A stretch of 62,903 nucleotides of DNA, counting the filler, from Sphacelaria rigidula (Eukaryota), in the NCBI GenBank assembly GCA_964200075.2. It is 5 parts of 5 records of this genome, joined end to end, with 100 filler letters (N's around TTAATTAATTAA, not from the genome) between each part and the next. Parts side by side here need not be neighbours in the genome. Positions count along the whole stretch, not along the records: positions 1 to 12,503 come from CAXNAA020003690.1; positions 12,604 to 25,105 come from CAXNAA020003691.1; 3 more parts are not named here. One strand, 5' to 3'. Within the stretch, counting starts at the first letter, position 1; each line of letters starts with the position of its first letter. A program made the translations under genes and the position numbers. Shown piece by piece: positions 12,191 to 24,479 of this stretch. The notes beneath the pieces were generated by a model, which worked only from the letters and a program-made list of their open reading frames with translations, ran no database searches and was not told the origin of the DNA.

Positions 12191-12503
12191 CCTGATCCTA
12201 CGAAAAGAACAGCGTTATTGTAAGGACTGTTAACAATCAGCTCTGCTCAGTTCGGTCGATGCTGGCCCCGCCAGTTGCCAGTACATTGATTTTTTTCCCA
12301 GTTAATCGCCCCTCCCGGCTGGTAGGGGGTGCCGCGCAGGAGCACCGCCCGAGGCAGAAGAAATTACGGTGTTTGACTCATTTTCCCTGCAAATATCGTA
12401 AGTAGTTATGAAAAATGCAGAACGACTAGATACCAACGAAGTTTGTGGTACCTGTGCTGCTGTAGACTGCAGACTTCAACCGTACAGTCTAATTATATGA
12501 AGT

Positions 12504-12603
12504 NNNNNNNNNNNNNNNNNNNNNNNNNNNNNNNNNNNNNNNNNNNNTTAATTAATTAANNNNNNNNNNNNNNNNNNNNNNNNNNNNNNNNNNNNNNNNN
12601 NNN
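12504..12603. other. Artificial contig linker (44N-TTAATTAATTAA-44N)
   Basis: Exact 100-nt spacer with stops in all six frames; identical spacers at 25106-25205, 37707-37806 and 50306-50405. Confidence 0.98.
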
Positions 12604-12628
12604 CCAACCCTCGCGGTCCAAGGGTTAA

Positions 12629-12725
12629 CCCTTAGACCGCGAGATTAGTCTTCCTGGATCATGCATACTTTTTTCACTTGAAATTGATGCCGATTCAACA
12701 GAAGACCAACCTCGCGGTCTAAGGG
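12629..12725. mobile_element. 97-bp piggyBac-like MITE
   Basis: 15-bp TIR CCCTTAGACCGCGAG/CTCGCGGTCTAAGGG; TTAA on both sides (12625-12628, 12726-12729); the end of another copy abuts at 12604-12624. Confidence 0.85.
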
Positions 12726-12730
12726 TTAAA

Positions 12731-12905
12731 AAGGGTCCTGAGCAACGGACCCAGCTCGTCTATAACGTGTTCTTGTCGAAATTGGCGCCTGCGGCATCGA
12801 TTTGAGGTCTGCCAACGCAAACTTAGTCGAAGAAAACCTACGCACCCTCCTTGCCCGAGGGTCTCGTGCGCCTTGGGTCAGGGTTAGGGTTAAAGTTAGA
12901 GTTAT
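12731..12905 (+). repeat. Copy of the TTAGGG-tract interspersed repeat
   Basis: gagcaacggacccagctcgtc...cttgcccgagggtctcg...gggtcagggttagggttaaagttagagtt. Confidence 0.72.
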
Positions 12906-13419
12906 TTTGTTCGACAAAACCAACCAAAATCTGCGCCCAAAACTTTACGTCGTCTTCACTAGACTATCGTGTTTCTATAACGGCTTCCCTGCGGACATGT
13001 GTGACTGTGTGATGAACATCTTGTAGCTGTTACTGTTGTCTTTACACTAGAAACAGTTCCGATATCTGCGCAGTACTCTGCACCGGGCATGTGATGCGGA
13101 GGCCTTCCGTGGTCACATCAACCAAAAAAAAAAAGAGATCCGACCCAGTAAAAACAACAACTCGTATTTTTCCTCCATTGTTGATTGCATTGTCACCATC
13201 TTATGTTCGGCACCTCGTGTGTGCCGTGGTACTACTGAACTGTCTGTACCTCATTCGCCACAACTCTGGAGCTCACGGCATTCCTTCGCGCTTGGAGGTC
13301 TATTTTGAACAAATAATACATCTCCACACTAACCTGTCCTGCACCTGCGTGTGTACTGTATGAGCTGGGCCAGCTGTCGAAGGGTTGACTAGCCTCGCTT
13401 TTGCTGTACTGTCCCTCTT

Positions 13420-13643
13420 CACATATGCGTGACGGTTCGTATCCGATCCTAGAACCAACCATCGCGATGATGGTATGACCGTTCCTGTTGATGCAACAGC
13501 CTAGGTTGACCCCGGCACCAGCCCCAGATCACAACGGCACGACTTGTGTCGATGCGGAGAGATTCGGGAACCATTTCCGGGGAGAAAGGGGTGTGATTGT
13601 TGTGACGTCCGTGAACGGCAAATGGGCAAATGAGCGGGAAAAG
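13420..13643 (+). repeat. Unclassified interspersed repeat
   Basis: Aligns to 37120-37398 (gaaccaaccatcg...gggaaccatttccggggagaaagggg...gtgaacggcaaatgagcgggaaaag). Confidence 0.75.
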
Positions 13644-14247
13644 CCCCCAATATGTGGGCGCCATGGTTGGAGATGGCGCGTAGATTCCCTTGCCCGCACT
13701 GTGCCGCGCAGTGAGTGACGTTTTACAGAGTCGTTGCCAACCGACGCAGGCACAGTGCGGGAGGCGATGGCCCAGGATAGGTATTTCTTGGGCTAATCGG
13801 GGGCCCAGATAAGGTACGATTTAAATAGAATTCCTGGACCAGGTATACCTGGCAAAATGTTGGCATAGAATGGGGAAGTTGTTTCTGGGGGCGAAACGTC
13901 CTTCTGTGCATGACCGTATCTGGCGAGTAACATATTTATTTCTGGGGTATTTCCATGCCCGGGTGCCAAGCAGCCGACTAATTGATGTGCGTGAAAAATT
14001 CGGAGCAAAATCGGTCTAGAGTTTCGTGTTTTGATTGTTTCGCATTCCCGGTCATTTTTCGTCGCCTTCTTAGGCGAAATACGAGACGGTATACCTTTTC
14101 GAGGCCATTGCCCCCACTTCAAGGTCGTCAGCCCAGCTCAGCCGCACTCTTCTGGGATTCCTTTTGTGTACAAAAATAAACGTCACCACCCGGCGGTCGT
14201 TCACAACCGCAACCTGGGAGACTAACATTGTAGCTATCCATACATCA

Positions 14248-14342
14248 TCACCTCTCCCATCCTGAACTGGAACCGCCACCTCCGCTCCCGCCACTCGTCG
14301 CGGCTCCTTCGTGCAGCTTGGGCATCACCGCTCCGCCGTCAT
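14248..14342 (-). CDS. Putative terminal exon of a low-complexity Ser/Gly-rich protein
   Basis: cag acceptor at 14345-14343, phase 1; (D)DGGAVMPKLHEGAATSGGSGGGGSSSGWER*; phase matches the exon ending at 18850. Confidence 0.5.
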
Positions 14343-15684
14343 CTGTTTTTGCCATTATCAACACGGCGGGTCGTCCATGAAAGTGTGTGTGTGATCTTGA
14401 TTGATTTTTTGTTCTTGATTGTCGCACATTAACCGACCTCCCAGGGGTCCGGCCGTGGTCGCATGATAGACGTATCCAAAAAAAGCAAAACTGAAACACT
14501 CGCTGGAGAAAAGAAGGAACAGAACGACATAGTAGACCAAGACCTAATACTATAATAATGATAATAATAAAGTTGACAAAAAAACTGTATGTATACTCGT
14601 AGTGTAAGCCCGAAACCCGTCATTAGGAGTCAAATGGGGAGCATGCTCAACCCATGAACATGCAAGGCTACAATAAAATAGTGGATCAACGCTCCTTCCG
14701 TCCGGATAAGGGTCGTGGGCCATGTGAGTGACAGGGTCGCAGGAGGGTGTTGGCGTCCTCTATTAGTACTGGATCCCCATTTCCTGGGACCCCCAAGTGC
14801 TATTACTTGCCTGCAGACCGGACTCTTGTGCCACCGATTATTCATCACTTCAGTACAATCTAACCCGAGGACGCTTAACCAAACCTGAGCAAGCTGTACC
14901 CAGCCCTAACCCTAGCTCAACTCAACGAAGGTAGACAACGCAGCAGGTAGCGGGGGGTTCCAGCGCCGGTATTAAACAAGACGTCGGGTCCCATAGATGA
15001 ACCCGTACGGGTGGAATTGGTGCTTCTACTGTACGCATCCTCGTATCTCGTACATCGGATGGCACTAACCCCTGCGTGGCAACATTTGGCACGGTGGTGT
15101 TATCTATATACCTGAATGTTTTTTGGTGAAGGGCGGTGTTCAGTACTCATGCGACGGGGTGTACCAACAAGCGGATAGAGCTCTTGGGTTCAGTACTCGA
15201 TTGGTACTAGATAAAAGTGAACGAGGCCGAAAACCAACCCACGTTTCACTTCAGCAGAGCACACACATTCTCGTTTCCTGCCGTGTTTCACGGAGGGAAT
15301 AGAAACGAACGCGGTCGGTGTTGTTGTCTCGTCAGGAGACAAAAGGCCGAACCGGTCAATTTTTGTTTTCAAACACTCTCACGCACCGACGTCTTGCAAA
15401 AGTTCGAGGGCGAGGTGGATCTACGGAATACGAACAACATTTCGGAGCTACTATTAGTCTTATCTTCGGCTTGTCGTCAACATCGCCAATATTCATATTT
15501 TACCTTACTCCCCCCCCCCCCCCCCCCCCCCCTCGCAAACGAAGGCACAAGCAGAGGGGCGCCGAGGGGAGCAACAAAGACCGAAGAAGGAAAAGGGANN
15601 NNNNNNNNTTTTCGTCGCGTCGACAACCACCCCGACTTCATTTTTTTCTTCCCTCCCCCCCCCCCCCCCCCTACCCTCCAAAGC

Positions 15685-16060
15685 ATAGAGAGGGGAACTC
15701 AAATACTGTCAACATGTGAACTATACAACGAGGAACGGGACGTGTTAGTGAGGGGAAGGTGGCAAGTGAACGGGGGTGGCATGAGATCGTTTGGTATACT
15801 ACACGATAGCGAGAACACGGTTTTCATTCCAAGAAATAGATGGTGGTCACAGATGGCGAGGGAGGAAGTGGATAAAATATGTAAGAAAAGAGTGCATCAT
15901 GTGTGGAAGACACGTAAAAAGCACTCGAGATGTTGGAGATGTCTGTGTTCGGCGTGGGATCGGTGCTCTGTCTCGAAAGGAATGCGCGGTCAATGGTCAA
16001 ATGACCATCAAGTCATTGAGGCAAGCAACGAACAAATACCCCCCTCACCCTCCCCCCCGC
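15685..16060 (+). mobile_element. LINE ORF2 C-terminal remnant
   Basis: TCELYNEERDVL...RWWSQMAREEVDKICK..VWKTRK continuing into the shared RKGCVVNGQMTKASNK*-type 3' end; parallel copy at 55545-55785. Confidence 0.7.
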
Positions 16061-16516
16061 CCTTTCCCTCCCCTCCCCTGCCCACCTCTTGTTCCAAACA
16101 TTTCGTGGGAGAAATCGACGCAGTGTAGGCGGTGCTGATTCAATCCGCTATTATCAAAACGTACATACGTCGGACGAGCACGAGTGTGACTCGTGGCACT
16201 CGCACTCGTTGGGCTGTGCTCGTTGGCCGTAAAAAGTGATAAAACGAGCACTCAAGTCATTGCCCGTTGTGGAAAAAAATGATATGGCGAGCACTTGAGT
16301 CACCGGGCCTCCAGAACAACCAATGAGGCTGGCTGGGAATGACGTGTCTGACGTCTGCACGAACCAGTGCCATGTTGCTGGAAATCCACGAATGCAACCG
16401 CAGGATCATGAGGAAGACGGCAAGTTTCATCCAATCTATTTTCAGGTGCAGGGTGCGCATCAGGTAATATACATCCGATGTAGCAAGCAGTATGTGTCGC
16501 CGTAGACTTTTTTCAA

Positions 16517-16614
16517 CCCTTAGACCGCGAGGGTAGTCCATCTGGATCATGCATACTTTTTTCAACTGAAATTGATGCCGATTCAGCAGATGACCTACTC
16601 TCGCCGTCTAAGGG
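16517..16614. mobile_element. piggyBac-like MITE copy
   Basis: CCCTTAGACCGCGAG...CTCGCCGTCTAAGGG flanked by TCAA on both sides. Confidence 0.82.
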
Positions 16615-17340
16615 TCAACAGGATGCGGCGACCGGCGGGCCGCTCGCCACTTGTGGCTTTGGATGATATTTTTGTCCCCATCATCTTGTCACACAGCCCT
16701 TTGTGGTCAGGGTGGGCCACCATTTCCGTCTTTGTTGCATGCGACAAATTATCTTCGAAGGGTATGGGCGTTGAGGCGCATATACAGTACAGTACGCGTC
16801 ACCGACTGCAGCAGCAGCTGCCGCTGCATACTCCCTTGCACGTTTTGGGCAGTTCTCGGCAACGGAGATCAGCTGCCTATCCACAGCTTATTCATCCCCG
16901 CCAGCTACATACATGTTCATAGTGTTATGCATGTCATCGGCAGAGGGATAAGCAGAATTCATGACGGTGGCCCCTTTTGTCTTTCCACGGCTCACCTGGG
17001 TTTAGTGCCTCGTGAAAATGACCACATTGTGGCATGTACACCCCTTCCCGGTTTTTCCCACTCCACCCTGTGGAATCATTGCTCTATGTGGAAACAAACT
17101 AAAAGGGCGAGCACTGGAGTCATTGCTCGCTGTGGAAAAAAATTAATAGGGCGAGCGCTCGACTTTTTGGTCCTTGTGAAAAAAAGTTATGACCCGAGCA
17201 TAGGAGTCATGCTCGTTGTGTTTTCACAAAACATCGACGGGTGCACTCGTTTACGACTCGTCCGACTCGTGAAAACCTGATCAGGATGGGCAGATGGCGA
17301 AATATATAAGTACCATGTATAGGTTGATCGCTCAAACCTT

Positions 17341-17832
17341 CACGGTTAGGAAACATTACATCGTGGTTCAACTCATCTTAGCCATCTCAACGAATAAGTC
17401 ATACGATTCGTACATAATTTGTAATTTATACAGGTGTTCAGCTCTTGTGTCGTGCAGTACACCGTCAACGGTACCTCTTTCCCACCTTCAGGTCATAGTG
17501 TTAGATCATGGACACATTCTAGTCCCCTGTAAGAAAACGCGGAATGAATCGATTGTACATGCCACCCACACTTACCATGAGGCGTGAACGGCATCTACAT
17601 CTATGCCATGCGAATGATTCGTGCGGGACGAAGAGTCGGCACATGGTTGAATCCTCCAACGACATGGGCCTTGGATCAGTCAACTTTTTTCCCAGTCTGT
17701 GTGCAGTTGAGATGACTGTACTGCATATGTTCTTCACCGTCGGGTGCACGCGGGACCAACAGTTGAATACAGGTGGACTCCTGCTATTTGATGAGGAGTC
17801 AACTCGTATAATCGTGATTCGTCCTAACCGTG
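17341..17832. mobile_element. hAT-like MITE (~490 bp)
   Basis: Ends CACGGTTAGG.../...CCTAACCGTG; imperfect 8-bp TSD CAAACCTT/CAAAACTA; colinear with 24480-24980 and 56221-56699. Confidence 0.8.
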
Positions 17833-18849
17833 CAAAACTACCGGATTCGTCTCGAGGGGGTGAAAGGAATGAAAGACGTGCACCTTATCAGGAGAGATGG
17901 ATGGGTTAATTCTCATGCTTTTTTTTTTTTTTTACTAGCTTGTGAGCACGGAAGGCGTCCGCATCAGATGATGCCCAGTACGAATGTACCGCGCAGATAT
18001 CGGGACGGTTTATAATGTGAAGACAACAACAACAACAACAACAATTTCCCGAGAATACGGCCATCCCGACTAATAGGAGGCGTTGCAAAACGTACACATG
18101 CCGGACAGCTCATGAGCTACCTCAGTACTACTTCTTATTAGTGTACTTATGCAGATTATGAGTTATTACAGCTCATTTGGCCACTATATTTTCCATATTT
18201 GCTCCCTGCAGTGCTGGACGCTGAGCAAGCGGAGTAGCGCAAAAGTAACGCTTTGGCTTCTCTGACCCTGCCGTCACGTCGATTTCGTGTGATTTGGGGG
18301 GGGGGGGGGAACGGTGAAATCCCTCCTCGCCCAGTAATTTTAAATAATATTACGCCNNNNNNNNNNAGGAGGAAATGTAGGTTTGTGCGCCTCGCGCCCC
18401 CCCGCGCTGTGTTTGGGGGGGGGTTGGGGGGGGGGGGGGGGAAATGTGAAATGCCTCCTCGACCAGTAATTTTAGATATAACTTAGCCGCCGCGCCTCGG
18501 TAGTGTTAATGGTTCGACTGTCGCCATAAGGGTGGAGAGAACAAGGGTTAGATCCCCGATGTGTCGGGCTTTTCTTCGCAGTATGTGACTTCCACCGTGG
18601 GAAGCATGAGAACGTGAGAGAACGAAGTAGTCGACTGAGTTCGTTTGACGTGAGTTGACGCGGTGCTGATAGTCATGACCCAATCCGCGGTACTGTACCG
18701 GGGAGAGATGAGTTGATCTCTCGAGACCACGGACTCGTCCCGAGTAAGGGGAGGTGTTCAAAGTGCAACTCACACAAGAAAAAAAAACGAGCTGTTCCAC
18801 GCGTGAAAAAAAAAAAAGAGAAAAAACGCACCAGAGCTGGCCGCAGTAC

Positions 18850-18983
18850 CGTTGGAAGATACATATCCTACAACTGCCTCCTCGCCGGTAGGTCGCTTGA
18901 CTGGAGAGGAGCTCGATGCAGGGCGGTCGCCGGAACTACCCATGCTGATGCGCCCGCTGCTAAACGTGGTACTACCGCTTGTG
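18850..18983 (-). CDS. Putative internal exon of the low-complexity protein
   Basis: cag|C ACA AGC... phase 2; TSGSTTFSSGRISMGSSGDRPASSSSPVKRPTGEEAVVGYVSSN; donor G|gtactg (phase 1). Confidence 0.55.
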
Positions 18984-19279
18984 CTGGTCGGTGGTTGATT
19001 GGCATAAAAAGGACAGACCAGGGCAAAACAGAAAAAAACGCGACATATCAGATCAGATCAGATAGACCAGCGTTGGAATGTACTAGTGTTGAACTCACTG
19101 TGCGTGATCGCTGATGATGAGACCATCATGTTTCGTTTCTTTCTCCTTCGTTTTTTTCCGTAACGTGTGCAAAAAACGCAGGCTCACCACTCTTCATTTT
19201 GCAGATCCTCTGAAAAAAAGACGATCAGAAGGGAAAACAAGTCACATGTGAACACACGGAAGAAGAAAATAAAACTCAC

Positions 19280-19455
19280 CGTGGCGATCGAGGTACGTGA
19301 TCCGTCGGCATTCTCCTCTCACTCCTCGACTGGGGCGACGCACCGGTGACACCAGTCCCATCATTGCTGCCACTAGTCTCCTGACTCGGGGTGAGGTGGT
19401 TGGCCGTGTGCCTGTGGCCAGGGCCTTGCTTTAGAGGGTTGTGTCGGGTTTTGCC
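19280..19455 (-). CDS. Putative internal exon of the low-complexity protein
   Basis: cgcag|GGC AAA... GKTRHNPLKQGP...DHVPRSP(R); strong donor CG|gtgagt (phase 2). Confidence 0.62.
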
Positions 19456-19893
19456 CTGCGATCCCATGTCACGCGATGCGGTGCGATGCGACGCGCGTCA
19501 GCCGATTACCGGGGTACTGCAGAACTTATCCAGTGAACGCAACCTACCCTCCCTGGTACACCAAAATATCCCGAGAGTCGAAGGTATCCCTATGTACATG
19601 CTCTATCATTACCACCTTTGGAAAGCACCTGCATGTCCTGGGTGGTGGGCAGGTGGGGCACCATAAAAAGCCGCATGAGATACAACAACAGTAGAGGGAA
19701 ACCAACAGCAGCAGTAGACGAAAAACAACAACAGAAGGGCATGAGGGAACCAACAACAGCAATAACAACAAACGCCGATAGCCAGACCAGCATCGACTCC
19801 CGACCCAACCTACGCTGTCGCGCGGATATCACTGGACCTCTCCGCACGCCATTACAACCATCGCCATCGTCACCACCTTCTTTCACTTAGTTG

Positions 19894-20150
19894 CAAGGGT
19901 CGGATAAATCATGATTCGTCTAGGAATTACTTGGTTTTAGTATCATGAGTCGACTCGTGACGAGTCAATACCTAGGCTTTGTTTTCAATGTTGCAACCCA
20001 GGTACACGCAGCCCAGACACATGGAATGGCGCAAAAGTTGCGCGGATACCCCTTGGACCAGCGCTCAACTTTTTTCTCCCTCTTGGGCAATCAGGCCGAA
20101 GAAATCGTGGATTCGGTGATTCGTAGTGGTGATGATTCGTCCTAACCGCG
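19894..20150 (+). mobile_element. hAT-like MITE family 2 (~250 bp)
   Basis: CAAGGGTCGGA...TCCTAACCGCG; copies at 20915-21182(-), 43777-44025 and 52730-52947. Confidence 0.72.
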
Positions 20151-20171
20151 TACTCAGTTGACATTACTCAC

Positions 20172-20588
20172 CCCACCCTGATCGCCCGCCCTCGAGTCGC
20201 TGAGATCACTTGCAGATTCTCCCCCTGAGCTGGGGGTAACCGGCGGAAGCTGCTTTGAGGACACGGCCATCCTGGAAGCTCGGGTACCGGCAGAGGAAGC
20301 AGATGAGTGTCTTGATCCGTTGGAAGCGGTCCCAGGCCATGCCCAGGCCACCGGTGGCCCGCTGCCGTTGCTCTTGTTGCTCTTATCGTTTTTGCTGCTG
20401 CAGCTGGTGCTGCGGGGTGGTGTATCCCGAGTTCCGCCGTTGTGTTTCGTGTTTTGGGCGGTCGTTGCCTCGGTATCGACATGGCTGGTGCCGTTGCTCT
20501 TCTGTGAATCCTGAGTGGGGGCCTGATGCGGGTTCTGGTCAAGCGTCTTCCCTCCACCAGCAGTGCTGCTGCTGACCGGGCTGCCTGC
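20172..20588 (-). CDS. Putative internal exon of the low-complexity protein (acceptor uncertain, 20584-20591)
   Basis: Pyrimidine tract then gag/cag cluster; open frame SPVSSSTAGGGKTLDQNPHQAPTQDSQK...SDSRAGDQGG; donor GGG|gtgagt (phase 0) fits the 19455 exon. Confidence 0.62.
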
Positions 20589-23500
20589 TGCCTCAAAATC
20601 GCCGGAAAAAAAGAGAAAATATATTCAGGCTGGTTCAGGCTTATCAATAAAAAACACTCATCGACAAAACATCACGCCGTTTCAAGGAGATGGACCCTGA
20701 CATTTTGCACAGGTGTTCTATGGGGCATTACGCGACTTTCGACGGTCGATGTTTGTCGACTTTTTAATTTTTTCACCGTTTTTCGGGGGTCCCAGTTTTT
20801 CTCCGGGAGTCATCGATCCAATCGGACCCTCGTAAAAAGGTGAGAAAAAAAAACTACTAAAAACTCGTTCTTTCAAAGTTGCGCAATGCCAAAATCGCAG
20901 TTTATAAGTTTCGCAAGGGTCGAACAAGTCATCCCTGCTTCGAATCACCAAATCTACCATTTTTGAGACCTGATGGCCTTAACCAAGGCAAATACATTGA
21001 TACATGGCGGATCAAACCAGTCACCACGCAATTTTTTTGCGCTAATCCGCATGCCTAGAGTGCACTCACACCTGGGGTGCAACGCTGACAACAAAGCACA
21101 AGGACTGGTTCGTACGGTACGAATCAGTTGCACTAAAATCAACGAATTTTTAGACGAATCAGAATCTTCCGTGCGACCCTTGAAATTTGGCGCTCACCAT
21201 CAAAGCTTCACGGCATCAACGTCTACCCACAGCACAGTTGTGCAAAATTTCAGCGTGTGACTCCTTAAAACGGCGTGAGATTTTTTCGTTTTTGTGCAAT
21301 GAGCTTTGAAGTGCCGCGGTGAAACCGCAAACAACTCGATTTTAGTACGTGAACGGTGTTTTTGGGCCTTCTTTGACTTCAACATGAAAATTCAAGCATC
21401 AGTTGATCGATTTTTGCGACGGAATTTTGTGGGGCCCTTCCTTGGGTTATGCGGCGACAGCTCGTTCACGAGAAAAATTAGAAAAATAACTCGTAGTGGA
21501 GGTTTTCCGGGGTCCCAGAATGGAGACTACTTCGAAGAACGGCTTGCATCCCGTCGGATTCCCGAAAAAACGGCGACGAACTCGACAAGTAAAAAAACCT
21601 CGTCCATATAGAGTTGCGTAATGATACATTGCATAATTGTGCAAAGTTTCAGTATCTCACTCCTAATAACGGCGTGAAGGTTTGCGCGTTTGTGGAGGAC
21701 GTGGGCTCGAAATGAGCGACTTGTGACTACTTGGTTTTAGTGTAGAAACGTCTTTTGGGGTGAATTTACGGCAAGGCAAGAAAAATTGTATGAGGTTTCC
21801 GAGTCTCTTCACCAAACTTTGTAGATGTCTTCTTTGGACTATCCCGGGACGTATCCTTTCTATATTTTTCTTTTAGGGCATTCTGTACCGCCTTCCGGGG
21901 GTCTTCATACGGGGACCCCCGGGAGCTGGTATAGAACCGAGAAACCATTAAATATCGTCGGAATACAAATTTGTCCATTTGGAGCATCCATACCTAGGCA
22001 ACCTCCAAGTTTGAGGGCGATCTGAGCTTTTCTACAACAGGTATGGGAGACATCGTCACGAGGCTCCCTGGGTCTTTCGTGCGTATCATTAATGGAAATT
22101 AGACGACGCCAACACTGGGCATCACCGAAACATAACGGTTTCGGTTATAATCTGACCCCCGTAGCAACTGTTTTCAAATATGTTTTTTTCGTTAGATTCC
22201 CGAGCCGATGACAGTTACCACGATTTCAAGCATGCGATGATTGGGTTAAAATTGGGCTTGGGATTCGTAATTTCGATCTCGGAACAAATTGACGGGCGCT
22301 GATTGGTCGATATACCTTGTTGCCCCTAGCGCTACCGCCATGGCCTTACACACAAATCCGGCTATGTCACGCTCTTCAGCTGTCCATGGCAGTCAATATG
22401 ATACCATGTATGCGAGTATTGGGTAGGTATTGCGAAAGTCATTTGCTGATGACACAATTTAGGGTAATAGGCGTGAACCAGCCTGTATATGTATATATAC
22501 ATACATTTATTTGTCGCATTTTGAACCCCTCCACTTCCTCGGGACAAGTCCGTAGTCTCAAGGAATCAACCGATCTCCCCCCGGTATGTATGTATATATA
22601 TACATATCTATATATATACATATATATTGAGCCGAAATAATGATGGTGATGATTTACGATAGCGATAACGATGAGAAGGATAGAAACGATAAAAGTCGAA
22701 ATGAAGAATGGCCAATGGATTGATCGATTGAACGATTGCTTGATTGATTGATCGTCGCACATGAGCCCTCTTGGAACCGTTTATGGGAAAATGACGATTC
22801 ACGATTGACGTCTTCTTTGGCAAGATATGGTTGTTTTTTCTGCACGTGTCGATGATGCAGCTCAACGAAACGGTGCACTACTCTAAATTCGAGGATATTA
22901 ATGTGATAGATTCGTGCACCGAACTCTGACTGACATTTTCCCCTCGAGGAAAGCTCGCATATTATGGGAGTTTGTACTGTTTCTCGCGAGTTACAAGAGA
23001 GTAGACCGATACCCGAGGTATCCATCCGTGCCCGTCAGACACGAGATGATGAAGACACAAGTACCCAAGGTGAATAAACAAAACGGAATGAAGGGGTGGG
23101 GAGAGGGGGGTAAAAACGAGAGGAGAGTAGGGAAGATAATTTCATGGGTCGCTTATGGGGATCAAACGGGAGATGGATATCTGCTTGTTGTGATATGTGT
23201 GTGTTTCTGAGTGTGTGTAGCTAGACGAGGCCTCGGGTAAGTGGAGGAGAGGAGACCAGTGGAGTGATGGCGGTGGGTGAGGGAGGTTACCCTGATCCAT
23301 CGGCGGAGTATGACACTCCGGTGGCGGAAATGGACCGTGACCCGAGGTGATCATGTACATCAATTCCACAAGAATCATTTCAGGAAACAGCATGTAAACA
23401 AACAACACACGGTATTTGTCGAATGTTCTGGGTCTTGTAGAATCGGGAATGTATTATCATCACTCACAACAGCAACGGTGATGTATACTCCTTTGGACTG

Positions 23501-24479
23501 CTTTCAAAAGCAGTCGGCATGAGTCACGACAAAGCTTTTGGGGACGGCGTTCGATTAGGACCTTAGAAAACCAACCAACAACCCACCAACCGCACGCTAC
23601 AACCGCTGCTTGGTCCTTGGTGCTGCAAAAGAGACGCACAAACACCTCATGCTGAGATGGGGCGAGGGGTTGATTCCACGACAAGAAAAAAAAAGACGCA
23701 TGTTGCCGTCATGATCCACAACATTTGTTTTTGCACTTTTGTGTGTTCTCTTTTTCCAAGAGCACCTTCCACACGGTCCACGCTCAGCTCGCATGGGCTC
23801 AGGGCGCACAGCACGAGGAAATGCAGACGTAGGTGAGGCCATGTAGTGCGATGTTCACGTTTGAGCTATGCTACGATAGAGGCTGAGGGGGAGGGAGGGG
23901 GTGGGGGAACATTCTATGAAGAAGCGGGCCCATGGATGTGTCAGACGACACAACACACTCGTGGTGCACTCGTATTTGGTCAAGAACAGTGCCACGCAGT
24001 ATGAACATTATTCATAGGTAAAAAGCTTATTCGAACAACCATTGCTGCTTTCAACGACGATTTGTAGTGGAATTACGCGGAAGAAATTTCCCCCCTCCCA
24101 AAAACTCCCCCATGCTTCAATTCGAAAGGGATGCGTGGTCAATGGCCAAACGACTATAATAAGACAAACAACAAATGAGTACGGCCCCCCTCCTCATCGT
24201 AGCATGACTCAAAAGCGAGCCGGGAGATCAAAAGAGAGTTGAAGTTCCACCGCACCTGTCTCGCTACTGTCGTGTTCCATGCGCCGATTGCGATTCTTCC
24301 CCGAGAGGATGGGGTTATTTCCCGTCAGGTTGAGAAGATCTCCGGGACCACGGGATCCCCGCACGAGATCATCGTCCGTGAAGGCCGTCCCCGTGTCGCT
24401 GCCGCTGGCACCCGAGCTAGCATAAGCCGAACCACGACCAAATCCTGCAACCGTTGGTTTGGGTTTCAGTTTGATGTTT

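Noticed and set aside
12548..12559. TTAATTAATTAA palindrome recurring every ~12.6 kb
   Set aside because: Artificial linker flanked by N runs
15217..16128. 303-aa ORF as a gene
   Set aside because: It spans an N gap and poly-C runs; only the 3' part is coding-derived (LINE remnant)
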